A stretch of DNA of 64,000 nt from Spirochaetia bacterium (GCA_965208575.1 CBDBOV010000004.1:320001-384000), one strand, 5' to 3'. Positions 1 through 9,215 are shown, counted from the first letter of the stretch. Made by a program: numbers and translations. Notes: generated by a model not told the origin, from the letters alone.

Positions 1-2
1 TC

Positions 3-446
3 GCCAACCAGTACCTGGCCTACGAGCGCCTGTCCGAGGGGCTGCGCGAGACCCTTGCGGGCATGACCGCCATCTACACGTCGACCAAGCCGGCGGTGGC
101 GGCCACGCGCGAGGACCGGCTGCGCGAACGCGGCGTGCAGGCGAAGGTGCTCACCAGCGAGCACCCGGTGGTGCGCACCCACCCGGAGACGGGACGCAAG
201 GCGCTGTACGTCAACTGCGGGCACACGTCGCAGTTCAAGGGCTGGAGCGAGGCGGAGAGCGCACCGCTGCTGGAGTACCTGTTTCAGCACCAGGTGCAAC
301 CGCAGTTCACCTGCCGCCTGCGCTGGCAGCCCGGAACCCTGGCGATGTGGGACAACCGCTGCACGCAGCACCTGCCGATCAACGACTACGACGGCTTCCG
401 CCGCGTCATGCACCGCGTCACCCTCGCCGGCGACCAACCGCGCTAG
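3..446 (+). CDS. TauD/TfdA family 2OG-Fe(II) dioxygenase, 5'-truncated by the window edge
   Basis: Frame is open from position 3 (ANQYLAYERLSEGLR). Contains HPVVRTHPETGRKALYVN, WDNRCTQH and RVMHRVT motifs. Confidence 0.92.
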   Translation, partial: ANQYLAYERLSEGLRETLAGMTAIYTSTKPAVAATREDRLRERGVQAKVLTSEHPVVRTHPETGRKALYVNCGHTSQFKGWSEAESAPLLEYLFQHQVQPQFTCRLRWQPGTLAMWDNRCTQHLPINDYDGFRRVMHRVTLAGDQPR

Positions 447-460
447 CCTGGCCGCCGGCG

Positions 461-793
461 TCACTCCTTGAGAGCCAGGTGGACGATGACCGGCACGGCC
501 ACGCCCGCGGGCAGCGAGCCGGTCAGGCGCAGCCAGCCCCCGAAGTGGCGGACGCGCGCGAAGGTGGTCGGCCCCGGCGTGTGCGGGAGCGCGATCGCGG
601 TTCCCTCGTCGGTCCAGTGGATGCCGTCGGGGGCGATCTGCACGCGGGCGACGGCCCCCGCGGGCACTTCGCCGTCGATCAGGCGAATGAAGAAGATCGC
701 CTCGCGCGCCCAGGCGGACTCGTACGGCTCGGTGGCGTACTCGCCCTCCCAGGTGGTGCCCAACTCGATCGCCGCGGTGTGACTCTGTCTCAT
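461..793 (-). CDS. Conserved hypothetical protein, 110 aa, predicted beta-rich
   Basis: ATG preceded by a GGGAGGG SD. Protein-like composition (TEPYESAWAREAIFF, HFGGWLRL). Lies directly downstream of 807-1661. Confidence 0.75.
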   Translation of the reverse strand: MRQSHTAAIELGTTWEGEYATEPYESAWAREAIFFIRLIDGEVPAGAVARVQIAPDGIHWTDEGTAIALPHTPGPTTFARVRHFGGWLRLTGSLPAGVAVPVIVHLALKE

Positions 794-806
794 CGGTTCC
801 CTCCCG

Positions 807-1661
807 TCATGGGGCCGTGGAGACCGCGACGCTGTCCAGGTACAAGAACGCGCGCGTGGCGGCGTCGCTCTCCACGAAGAACACGACGTTCAGCATCGAC
901 CACAGGTTGGGCATCGCCGGCAGCCGCATCGGCTCGATGCCGGCCACGTCCAGGTCGCGCTCGTTGCAGCGGAAGCCCAGGAACCGCATGCCGGCGAGGT
1001 CGAAGTCCATCCGCAGGTAGTACCAGTTGTGCTTGGTGGCGATCTCGTTGTAGCAGAGGCGCTGGCCGCCGCCGGGAATGTCGACCCAGTTGTTCGACTT
1101 CAGGTGGAAGTGCGACCACGTGTTGCCGCGGGTGCCGATGTCGATGAGCGGCTCGCGCTCGTTCTTGTACTGCCAGCGCTCCATGCGCCGGCCCTCGAAG
1201 GCGTTGAGGTAGCGGATGTGCGGCATGACCCGCAGCGGCTCGGCCGCCTGGCCGTCGGCGTGCTGCAGGTCGAGCACGACCCCGAATGCGCGCACCGCCG
1301 TCTCGCCGAGTTCGAGCTCGCTCGCCTCCGGCTTGAAGGTGACGACCGCTTCCACCCGCACCGGTCCGGCGGTGCGAAACGTGGAGCGCTTGATCGCGGT
1401 GCAGAAAGCGCCGGGCTTGGCGCGCGTGGCCAGCTTCAGCGCATAGGCGCCGCCGATCGCCCCGGAGGTGCCGGCGTCCCACATGGTCAGGTTGCTGAGC
1501 ATCGGCGGGCGCATGTCCATGTACTCCGGCAGCATCGCGTCGATGCGATCCTCGTAGTTGCCGATCAGCGCCCCCCACCCGTTCACTCCGGCATTGAAGT
1601 CGTCATAAAACAGCAACCTCTGCAACGGTTCGAACGACTGCAGCGTCGTGTATGCCTGCAT
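807..1661 (-). CDS. Conserved hypothetical protein (possibly DUF6772-like beta-sandwich)
   Basis: Aromatic-rich natural sequence from MQAYTTLQ (YDDFNAGVNGW, CYNEIATKHNWYYLR, FLYLDSV). The family name is a tentative recollection. Confidence 0.75.
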   Translation of the reverse strand: MQAYTTLQSFEPLQRLLFYDDFNAGVNGWGALIGNYEDRIDAMLPEYMDMRPPMLSNLTMWDAGTSGAIGGAYALKLATRAKPGAFCTAIKRSTFRTAGPVRVEAVVTFKPEASELELGETAVRAFGVVLDLQHADGQAAEPLRVMPHIRYLNAFEGRRMERWQYKNEREPLIDIGTRGNTWSHFHLKSNNWVDIPGGGQRLCYNEIATKHNWYYLRMDFDLAGMRFLGFRCNERDLDVAGIEPMRLPAMPNLWSMLNVVFFVESDAATRAFLYLDSVAVSTAP

Positions 1662-1713
1662 GCGCCGGACTATCGCACGCCTCGCGCCCGCCCACAATGT
1701 TCACCGGGCCTGC

Positions 1714-3288
1714 TTACCAGGTGCCGGACAGCGGCCAGGTCGAGACCGACTCGAAGTGTGCCGTTCCTCCCTCCGCGACGAGGTCGACGGCGGTGGCGGA
1801 GGGGTCGGGATACAGGCGGTCGGTGAGGGCGGCGCCGCCGCAGTACACCTCCAGGATGGAGCGGTCCACGAAGATGCGCAGGGTTATGGTGCCTGACTCT
1901 CCGTGAACGGTGCCGGCTGGTGCGGTGACCTGCGGCGCCCGCAACTTGTCGGCGGCGCCCTGCAACTCGCGCCGCTCGTTGGCGGAGGGGTTGGCGTAGG
2001 TCTGTTCCGGGCCGAGCAGGCGGTCGATGCCGATGCGGTTGCTTGCCGGCTCGTACCAGACCCGCGCGGCCCGGCCGTCCGGTGACAGGCGCACCGCGGC
2101 GCCGAAGCGGTGAGCGGAGGTGCGCGACAGGTCGGCGGTCAGCTCCAGTTCCAGGGCATCGCCGGTCACTTGGTCCAGGTAGCCGCGTGTGCCGGGGGCG
2201 ACGGCCAGGTCGCGTTGCCGCTCGACCGGCCCGCGCAGGGTTTCGAGTTCTGGTATCGGGCGCTGGATCAGCTCGTCGCCGGCCAGTTCCAGGACGCGCG
2301 GGATGCTGTGCGCGCCGATCCAGTACGGCACCGTGTCTACCGGCGAGCGGGCGCCGACCACCCAGCCGTGCAGCAGGCGGCGCGGTGAGCCGCCCGGACC
2401 CTTGTCGTCGACCATGTGCGGATTGACGCAGTAGTAGAAGCCCTGGTCGATGAAGCGCGGTTCGCGCCGGTCGGGGTGGAAGCGGCGCGCCGCGCGGTCG
2501 TAGCTGCCGGTCCAGTAGGGGTTGTTGCGAGCACCGACCATCAACACGGCGCGGTCACCGAACGGGACCAGGTAGGGCAGCTCCCAGTAGCGGCGCCCGG
2601 GGTCGGGGTCCTCGGCGATGGTGCCGCGGTGGGTCCAGTACTCCAGGTCGGGCGAAGTCCACAGGTGGGCGGCGCCGCGCCGGCCGGCGCCCTCCCCCAC
2701 CGCGCCGCCGATGAGCTGCTGCCACAGCTCGTCCTCCTTCCACACCTGGGCGTCCCAGTGCACGGGCGAGGCGGCGTTGGGGCGCTGCTCGTTGCCCATC
2801 ACCTTGTGCTTGTGCCAGGTCAGCCAGCCGTCGGTGCTGCGTGCCAGGACGCCGTAGGTCTCGTCGTGGCCGCCGACGTTGCCGGTGTACAGGGCGCAGG
2901 GAAACCCGTCGTCGTCGATGAACGTGTTGCCGGAGTAGACGCCGGCCACGTCGTAGCGGCTGTCGGGCCACATCGCCACCGGCCAATCTTCCCAGTGCAC
3001 CAGGTCGGCGGAGCTGGCGTGGCCCCAGCAGATTCCGCTCTCGCTGCCGTTCGCGTACACCGGCCGGTACTGGTAGAACAGGTGGTAGACGCCGTCGTGG
3101 TAGATGGGGCCGTTGGGATCGTTGATCCAACCCTCCGGCGCCGTAAAGTGGTAGAGCGGCCGGTGCGGGTCGCCTGCCGCCATCCAGCGGCGCAACTCCC
3201 GGGCGGCGCCGGCGAACACTTCGCGTTCCTTGCTGGTCACCGCCACCCGGAAGTCGCGCACCTCCCTGGGCCACTGGTCCGCGTTCAT
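1714..3288 (-). CDS. Glycoside hydrolase family 32 protein
   Basis: WINDPNG nucleophile motif, YHLFYQY, WGHASS.DLVHW, YSG, WELP and C-terminal LRIFVDRSILEVY. GAGGAGG SD upstream. Confidence 0.93.
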   Translation of the reverse strand: MNADQWPREVRDFRVAVTSKEREVFAGAARELRRWMAAGDPHRPLYHFTAPEGWINDPNGPIYHDGVYHLFYQYRPVYANGSESGICWGHASSADLVHWEDWPVAMWPDSRYDVAGVYSGNTFIDDDGFPCALYTGNVGGHDETYGVLARSTDGWLTWHKHKVMGNEQRPNAASPVHWDAQVWKEDELWQQLIGGAVGEGAGRRGAAHLWTSPDLEYWTHRGTIAEDPDPGRRYWELPYLVPFGDRAVLMVGARNNPYWTGSYDRAARRFHPDRREPRFIDQGFYYCVNPHMVDDKGPGGSPRRLLHGWVVGARSPVDTVPYWIGAHSIPRVLELAGDELIQRPIPELETLRGPVERQRDLAVAPGTRGYLDQVTGDALELELTADLSRTSAHRFGAAVRLSPDGRAARVWYEPASNRIGIDRLLGPEQTYANPSANERRELQGAADKLRAPQVTAPAGTVHGESGTITLRIFVDRSILEVYCGGAALTDRLYPDPSATAVDLVAEGGTAHFESVSTWPLSGTW

Positions 3289-3301
3289 CCCTGGTACCTC
3301 C

Positions 3302-3445
3302 TCACGATGTCGATGATCGGGCCGGGTCGTGGGTGTGGCCGGCGTTGCACCGCCCCACCGCCATCTTCAGGAAGCGGCAGCGAATCTGCGGCGTCACCAG
3401 CAGGTTCGCGATATCATCGCGGTAGTCGTAGACGTTCAGAGCCAT
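3302..3445 (-). pseudogene. Truncated cupin-like gene remnant, 47 aa
   Basis: MALNVYDYRDDIANLLVTPQIRCRFLKMAVGRCNAGHTHD stops soon after a cupin motif-1-like HxH. Motif 2 is absent. Confidence 0.5.
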
Positions 3446-3544
3446 GATTCCGGTGCCGATCATGCTCCCGGAGGTCGGCCCGCGCAAGCCACGCGCAAGC
3501 CCGGTCGGGGTATGCACGGCAACGCGGCGGGAGTATCGTGCGGC

Positions 3545-4435
3545 ATGGTGCGCTACCCCGACCACGCCCGGCCCCCGGTGCCGATGACCGATGAGCAGAA
3601 GTTCTTCTTCGACCTGCGCGGCTGGCTGGTGTTGCCGGCGGTGCTCTCGGACGGTGAGCTGGAGGCGATGCGCGGCGAGTGCTACGCCGGCGTCGACCGG
3701 CTGGCCGAGCGCGCCGGCGGCGTGAAGGATGGCCACTCGGGAGTGCTGCAGACCCTGCTCGACCATCCGGCGGTGGCCGGCGTGCTGGCAGAGATCCTGT
3801 CCGAGGAGCCGTACGACCTGGACGAGTGCTACGGGTTCCGTTGCGAAGACTCGCACGTGATCATGCGGCCGCCCGGCTGGCGCAAGACCCGGCGCGGCGA
3901 CCAGGGCATGCCGCACGTGGTGCGCCCGCCGCAGATGGCCAACGCGATGCGCTACCAGGTGGCGGGCAACAGGATATTCTCCGGCCTGACCCGGGTGGTA
4001 TGGGAACTCGAAGAGGTCAAGCACGGCCGGGGCGGCACCTCGTTCCTGAGCGGCTCGCACAAGGCGCACTTCGGCTACGGCGGCCCCGACCGGTTCGCAT
4101 CCAGCGCCGAGGGCTCGCCGTGGCTGGCGGGCATATACGGCGCCATGGACACCTACGGCTGCCCCGCCGGCTCGGTGGTGATCTTCACCGAGAGCCTGCT
4201 GCACGCCGCCAACGACTGGACCAACCCCGACAACGGTCGCTGCGCCATCTTCCAGTGCTACAACTCGCTGTGGGCGCAGTGGCACCGACCCAACGTCACC
4301 CACGAGCAGGTGGAAGCGATGCCGCCGAAGCGGCGCACGCTGTTCCGCGGTGTCTGGCAGCTCGGCGGAAACACCGCCTACTCGGCCGGCAACCGCACCC
4401 TGATGCGCCCGTCGCCGCACGCACCCACCGGTTGA
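3545..4435 (+). CDS. PhyH/phytanoyl-CoA dioxygenase-like protein with a non-canonical metal motif (H-V-V)
   Basis: KFFFDLRGWLVLPAVLS, LLDHP, GGTSFLSGSHK and PAGSVVIFTESLLH motifs. TATCGT lies 5 nt before the ATG. Confidence 0.85.
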   Translation: MVRYPDHARPPVPMTDEQKFFFDLRGWLVLPAVLSDGELEAMRGECYAGVDRLAERAGGVKDGHSGVLQTLLDHPAVAGVLAEILSEEPYDLDECYGFRCEDSHVIMRPPGWRKTRRGDQGMPHVVRPPQMANAMRYQVAGNRIFSGLTRVVWELEEVKHGRGGTSFLSGSHKAHFGYGGPDRFASSAEGSPWLAGIYGAMDTYGCPAGSVVIFTESLLHAANDWTNPDNGRCAIFQCYNSLWAQWHRPNVTHEQVEAMPPKRRTLFRGVWQLGGNTAYSAGNRTLMRPSPHAPTG

Positions 4436-4518
4436 CCGGCGCACCCTGCCGGGGGCACCGCGCTCCTGCGCGCCGGATCGCCGGGCCGTTGCCAGGGCGC
4501 ACCCGTTCGGGGTAGTTG

Positions 4519-5139
4519 ATGCACTCCATGGACGGCGTGCACGGCTCTTCTCCGATCGGGGTTCGCATCCAGGTTACCGGCAACAGCGGGTCGGGCAAGA
4601 CCACCGTCGCCGAGCTGCTGGCGAATATGCTGGACGCGGATTTCGTCGACCTGGACGCCCTCAACTGGCAACCGGGCTGGCGGGCGCTCAACGATTCCGA
4701 TCCCGCGGAGCTGGAGCGCCGATTCCTCGCGGCGACCGCCGGCGAGCGCTGGGTGGCGTCCGGCTCGTACACGCGCCACTGCCAGCGCACCTTCTGGCCG
4801 TGCCTCGAGACCATCGTCTGGCTCGATCTGCCGCTGCGGACATGTGTCTGGCGGATCATCCGGCGCACCTGGCAGCGTTGGCGAACGCGCGAGTTGCTGT
4901 GGGGAACGAACTACGAGCGCCTGTGGCCCAACCTCATGGTCTGGCGGAAGGACAGCCTGCTGAACTGGTCCGTGACCCAACACTCCCGCAAACGGAATGC
5001 CATGCTCGCCTACCAGACCAACCCCCGCTGGTCCCACATCCGCTTCGTCCGACTCACCTCCCCGACCGAAGTGGATACATTCCTCGCCGCAATCGCCGAA
5101 CGCACGGCGCCAACCCGACAGCCGCCGGAGCGAGCGTGA
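4519..5139 (+). CDS. P-loop adenylate kinase-like protein (FlaR/topology-modulation family)
   Basis: Walker A GNSGSGKTT, DLDALNWQPGW, WVASGSY and IVWLDLP. The start could be 4528. Confidence 0.85.
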   Translation: MHSMDGVHGSSPIGVRIQVTGNSGSGKTTVAELLANMLDADFVDLDALNWQPGWRALNDSDPAELERRFLAATAGERWVASGSYTRHCQRTFWPCLETIVWLDLPLRTCVWRIIRRTWQRWRTRELLWGTNYERLWPNLMVWRKDSLLNWSVTQHSRKRNAMLAYQTNPRWSHIRFVRLTSPTEVDTFLAAIAERTAPTRQPPERA

Positions 5140-5191
5140 ATGTCGGCGACACGAAAGACGATTTGGTATTCGACGCGACAGGCGTTATGTA

Positions 5192-6019
5192 TCAGGCCGG
5201 GTTGGCTTCGGATTCCGGGAAAAGAGAGGTGGTCCAGGTGCCGGGGTTGGCGGGCTCCTGGAACAGGATCTGTTGGCGCTCGGTGAGCGGCACCGAGGCG
5301 GGCGGGAGCACGCGGCGTGACGACCAGGCGAGGTGCGACTGGCAGTACTTGTAGAGCAGCGTGCGGCGCTGGTGGGGACCCTTCCACGGCGCCGTGCCAT
5401 GCGTCAACGCCTCCGAGAACATCACTACCGATCCCGCGGGCGCCTCCGGAATCACGGCGCCGGGCACAAGGGAGCCGCCCTCCATCATCTCCCAGCGTCC
5501 CTGGTTTACCGTCGGGATAGGGTCCGGGCGCACGAAGTTGCTCTTGTGGCTGCCCGGCACGCAGCAGAAGCCGCCGTGGGCCGGGCCGGTGTCCACCAGG
5601 TTCCACGACACCACGGTGAATGCATTGTGAATCCTGCCATTGCGCACGTGGTAGTACTCCGCCGGCGAGTAGGGTGCGTTGCCGCCGTGCAACTGGTGGG
5701 CGCCCATCCCGGCCTCCATGTTGATGCCGTACAGGCGGTCGAGGCGGAACCAGTCGCCGAGCGTGAGCTGCAGCAGCGGCATGATCCGCGGATGGTCGAG
5801 CAGGTCGCAGAACGGCTTGCCCCACTCCAGGAATCCCGGACACTCCGGCGCTCCCCCGGCCGCCGAGCCGAAGCGGATCTTCTCGCTCGGCGCCGGCAGC
5901 CCCTGGGCGTCGATGAGCCGGTTCAGTTCATCAATCTCGGCCCGGCTCAGGACGTCCGGAATCACCAGGTATCCCGCCAGGTCGAACAGGTAGCGCCGCA
6001 TCTCCAGGTCGTGATCCAT
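5192..6019 (-). CDS. PhyH-like 2OG-Fe(II) enzyme with an HGG motif
   Basis: YLFDLAGYLVIPDVLS, LLDHP, QLHGG, GGFCCVPGSHK, AGSVVMFSEALTHGT and RRTLLYKY. Confidence 0.88.
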   Translation of the reverse strand: MDHDLEMRRYLFDLAGYLVIPDVLSRAEIDELNRLIDAQGLPAPSEKIRFGSAAGGAPECPGFLEWGKPFCDLLDHPRIMPLLQLTLGDWFRLDRLYGINMEAGMGAHQLHGGNAPYSPAEYYHVRNGRIHNAFTVVSWNLVDTGPAHGGFCCVPGSHKSNFVRPDPIPTVNQGRWEMMEGGSLVPGAVIPEAPAGSVVMFSEALTHGTAPWKGPHQRRTLLYKYCQSHLAWSSRRVLPPASVPLTERQQILFQEPANPGTWTTSLFPESEANPA

Positions 6020-6083
6020 CTCGGCCACTATGCGGACTGATCGAACCGCCGTCAATTCGCCACGGAGAAACGGCCCGCTCAGC

Positions 6084-7595
6084 TCAGGCGCGGTTGCCGC
6101 CCGCGAGCCGGAAGGCGTGCTCCTCGGCGCGCATGGTGGCCTCTCCGTTGCCGTCGCCGGCGCGGAGCTGATCCACGCTGCGCACGTCCAGGCGGGCTGC
6201 GCCTTCCCACTCGCGGGTGGGCAGCCGGTCAGAACCGCTCAGCCGTGCCTCGGCGGCGGCGATCGCCTCCCCGTACTGCGGCAGCCACTGCCGCTGCGCC
6301 AGCAGCATGTCGTCCACGAGTTGCCACACCTCCGGCGGCGAGGCCACGGCGCCAACCAGCGGGTCGAGCAGCATCGCCTGGCGCAGCAGGGCGTCGTCGC
6401 CGGTGACCGCGGCCTGCACGGCCAGCCGCTGCACCGAAATGCTGGCGTTGCACACGGCCGCACAGCCGAGCGGCAGGTCGCCGACCAGCGGGATGTTCAT
6501 GCCGTTGCCGTCCACGTAGCCCGGCACCTCGACCACGGCATCGTCGGGCAGGTTGGCGATGGCGCCGTTGTTCTTGACGTTGAAGTGGCCGCGGTAGGTG
6601 CGCCCGGTCTCCAGACCCTCGACGATGTAGGAGCCGTGCTCAGAGGAACGCTCGGTGGGCGTGAACTGCATCGGCGGCTCCGCCATCCAGCGCGGGAAGT
6701 CCTCCTCGAACCAGTTGCGCTTCTCGGTGCACACCCGCAGGTAGCCGCCGGTCTCGCCGTGGATCCAGGTATCGAGGCTGATCCAGTCGCGGATCTCGCC
6801 CGGCCGCTTGCGGTACCAGGGGACGTACTCGCTCAGGTGGCCGTTGGACTCGGTGGAGTAGTAGCCGAAGCGGCGCAGCATGTCGATGCGCACCTTCTCC
6901 GTCTCGCGGTACTTCGGATGGCGCTCGTAGGCGGCCAGCAACTCGCCGGTCATGTCCTTGCCGTGGTGGCGGAGCTGCACGTACCAGGTCTGGTGGTTGA
7001 TGCCGGCGGCGATGATGTCCAGCTCCTGCCGCGGCACGCCGAGCACCTCGGCGATCTGCCGGTGGCCGCCCTGCACGCCGTGGCACAGGCCGATGGTCTC
7101 CACGCCGCCGTGGTCGTTGGCGGCCCAGGTGAGCATCGCCATCGGGTTGGCGTAGTTGAACAGCCGGCAGCCGGGTTCCGCCACCTCGCGGATGTCCCGG
7201 CAGATGCCCAGGATCACCGGAATGCCGCGCTGGCCGTACATCACGCCGCCGGCCGACAGCGTATCGCCGACGCACTGGTCGATGCCGTAGCGCAGCGGCA
7301 CGTCGATGTCGGTCGCGAACGCCTCGATGCCCCCTACCCGCACCGTGCAGAATACGTAGCGAGCGCCCGCTATGGCTTCACGACGATCCGTGGTCGCCGT
7401 AAGCTTGACCTTGTCGAGACCGTTGGCGCGGATGTCCCGCTCCGCCAACTGGTGGATCATGTTCAGGTTCTGCTCGCTGATGTCGGACAATGCCACTTCG
7501 AGCGAGTCGAACTCCGGGACGGTAAGAAGATCGCCGAGCAGCTTGCGGGTGAACCCGATGCTGCCGGCGCCGATGAACGCTATCTTGAACGACAT
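6084..7595 (-). CDS. melA: GH4 NAD+/Mn2+-dependent alpha-galactosidase/glucosidase
   Basis: KIAFIGAGS Rossmann start, QCVGDT, NYANP, GLCHG, AGINHQ, TESNGHLSEY and VEVPG. GGGAG SD upstream. Confidence 0.93.
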   Translation of the reverse strand: MSFKIAFIGAGSIGFTRKLLGDLLTVPEFDSLEVALSDISEQNLNMIHQLAERDIRANGLDKVKLTATTDRREAIAGARYVFCTVRVGGIEAFATDIDVPLRYGIDQCVGDTLSAGGVMYGQRGIPVILGICRDIREVAEPGCRLFNYANPMAMLTWAANDHGGVETIGLCHGVQGGHRQIAEVLGVPRQELDIIAAGINHQTWYVQLRHHGKDMTGELLAAYERHPKYRETEKVRIDMLRRFGYYSTESNGHLSEYVPWYRKRPGEIRDWISLDTWIHGETGGYLRVCTEKRNWFEEDFPRWMAEPPMQFTPTERSSEHGSYIVEGLETGRTYRGHFNVKNNGAIANLPDDAVVEVPGYVDGNGMNIPLVGDLPLGCAAVCNASISVQRLAVQAAVTGDDALLRQAMLLDPLVGAVASPPEVWQLVDDMLLAQRQWLPQYGEAIAAAEARLSGSDRLPTREWEGAARLDVRSVDQLRAGDGNGEATMRAEEHAFRLAGGNRA

Positions 7596-7689
7596 GCTGT
7601 GCTCCCGCCCGTACCGTAGGTGATCACCGCCGTCCGGGACAAGACGGTTCGAGACCACGTCGCCCTCGGTCGGGCGCCTCGGCACCGGT

Positions 7690-8070
7690 TCAGGGCGTGC
7701 TCCAGAATGCCTCCCGGTAGCGGTCGCGCAGATGCCTGTCGCGCGTACACAGGGGAGCGGCGAAGGCGATTGCGTGTGAGACGATCAGGCGGTCGAACGG
7801 ATCGCGTGTCCAACTGAGGTGGTCGGCGATCTCGGCACAACGCAGCCAGCCGGACTCCTCCACCTGCAGGTCCAGGTCGCGGTGCAGAGCGCTCAGGAAC
7901 GCTTCCGCCGGCAGCGTGACGCGCCCAATCTCGGCGAGCATCGACAACTCGAGGCGCACTATCGGAGATACGAACAGTTCGGCTTCATCGATCCGTTTCC
8001 TCACCGAGGCAGGAATCCGGTCCGCCTCGGCAAACAGCCACACCACGACGTGCGTATCGAGAAATATCAC
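7690..8070 (-). CDS. vapC: PIN-domain VapC toxin
   Basis: GTG start, IFLDTHVVVW, VSPIVRLE, RDPFDRLI and LCTRD. Lies downstream of the antitoxin. Confidence 0.9.
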   Translation of the reverse strand: MIFLDTHVVVWLFAEADRIPASVRKRIDEAELFVSPIVRLELSMLAEIGRVTLPAEAFLSALHRDLDLQVEESGWLRCAEIADHLSWTRDPFDRLIVSHAIAFAAPLCTRDRHLRDRYREAFWSTP

Positions 8071-8080
8071 GCCGCTGACC

Positions 8081-8329
8081 CTACTCGCCGGGTTGCCATT
8101 CCGCGGGCGAGAAGCGGTCGAGCGAATCTCCGTCCACGACCACACCGGGGCGCCGCGGCAGATCGGCAACGCTCGCTCGCCGCTGCAGTGCGGCAATGCG
8201 CACCGTTCGCCCTTTTCGCGGCACTTCTATTGCAGTTCCGTTCTCCACGCATCGATCGAGAAGGCGGAACAGGTCCTTGCGCAGGTCGCTTGCCCTGACG
8301 GTAATCACGTTATTCGATGACATGTACAT
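8081..8329 (-). CDS. Phd/YefM family antitoxin
   Basis: VRASDLRKDLFRLLDRC...IEVPRKGRTVRI. Small gene immediately upstream of vapC. Confidence 0.85.
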   Translation of the reverse strand: MYMSSNNVITVRASDLRKDLFRLLDRCVENGTAIEVPRKGRTVRIAALQRRASVADLPRRPGVVVDGDSLDRFSPAEWQPGE

Positions 8330-8331
8330 GT
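8320..8331. promoter_or_regulatory. Probable TA autorepression operator (perfect palindrome ACATGTACATGT)
   Basis: 12-bp perfect palindrome overlapping the antitoxin start codon. Confidence 0.55.
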
Positions 8332-8387
8332 TCCGGCAATACCTGTACAATATCGCGTCGGAGGCGGTCAAGCGCGCCGCGAGCGCT

Positions 8388-9215
8388 TCAGGCGGCGGCG
8401 CGGCGGGCGGCGTCGAGGTTGGCGAAGCAGCGGCGCGCCACCAGCCAGGGGTCGTAGCCGGCGCGGCGCCAGATCTGGCCGCTCACCTCGGCCGTAATCG
8501 GCACGTCCAGGCCGGCGGCGCGTACGGCGCGCAGGTAGGCCGTCAGGTCCAGCCGGCCGTCTCCGGGCAGGGCGAACCGTACCTCGCCGTCCACCATGCG
8601 GCCATCCTTGATGTGGACATGTACCGCATGGCGGGCGGTGAGCTCGAGGGAGTGCGCCAGGTCGATGCCCTGCACCAGGAAGTGGCTGTAGTCGAAGTTC
8701 AGGCGCACGTGCGGATGGCCCGCGGCTTGCATCAGCCAGTTCGCCTTCTCCGGGGTGTCCAGTTCCTGACCGATGTGCGGCTCGATCGCCAGGGTGCAGT
8801 TCTCCCCCGCCGCCAGTTCGCCGTAGCCGCGCAGGCGGCGGGCGACGGCATCCTTCGATTCCTCCCAGGAACCGGCTTGCGGGCCAAGGGTGGTGGTGAC
8901 CACCGACGGGCGGTCCCACCACGACAACTCGCGCGCCAGGCGGCAGGTCTGCCGGAGTTGTTCCGACTTCGCCGCCGGCTGCTCGGAGGCCGCGCACAGT
9001 CCGACCAGGTTCATTACCGGCGGCGGCGGAAAGCCCGCACCCCGCAACGCATCGCGCAGCCGTGACCGCTGCCCGGATCGAAAGCGCTCGGGCGCGGTCG
9101 GCCACGCCGCACCGCAGTTGATCTCCAGTGCGTCGTAGCCGATCTCGCTGACGCGCGCCACCGCTTCGAACGGGTCGACTCCCTGCAGGGCGTAGGTGCT
9201 GTAAGCGATCTGCAT
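8388..9215 (-). CDS. Sugar phosphate isomerase/epimerase (AP-endonuclease-2 TIM barrel)
   Basis: IGYDALEI, LAIEPH, LNFDYSH, HVHIKD, PGDG and ITAEV motifs. Confidence 0.88.
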   Translation of the reverse strand: MQIAYSTYALQGVDPFEAVARVSEIGYDALEINCGAAWPTAPERFRSGQRSRLRDALRGAGFPPPPVMNLVGLCAASEQPAAKSEQLRQTCRLARELSWWDRPSVVTTTLGPQAGSWEESKDAVARRLRGYGELAAGENCTLAIEPHIGQELDTPEKANWLMQAAGHPHVRLNFDYSHFLVQGIDLAHSLELTARHAVHVHIKDGRMVDGEVRFALPGDGRLDLTAYLRAVRAAGLDVPITAEVSGQIWRRAGYDPWLVARRCFANLDAARRAAA

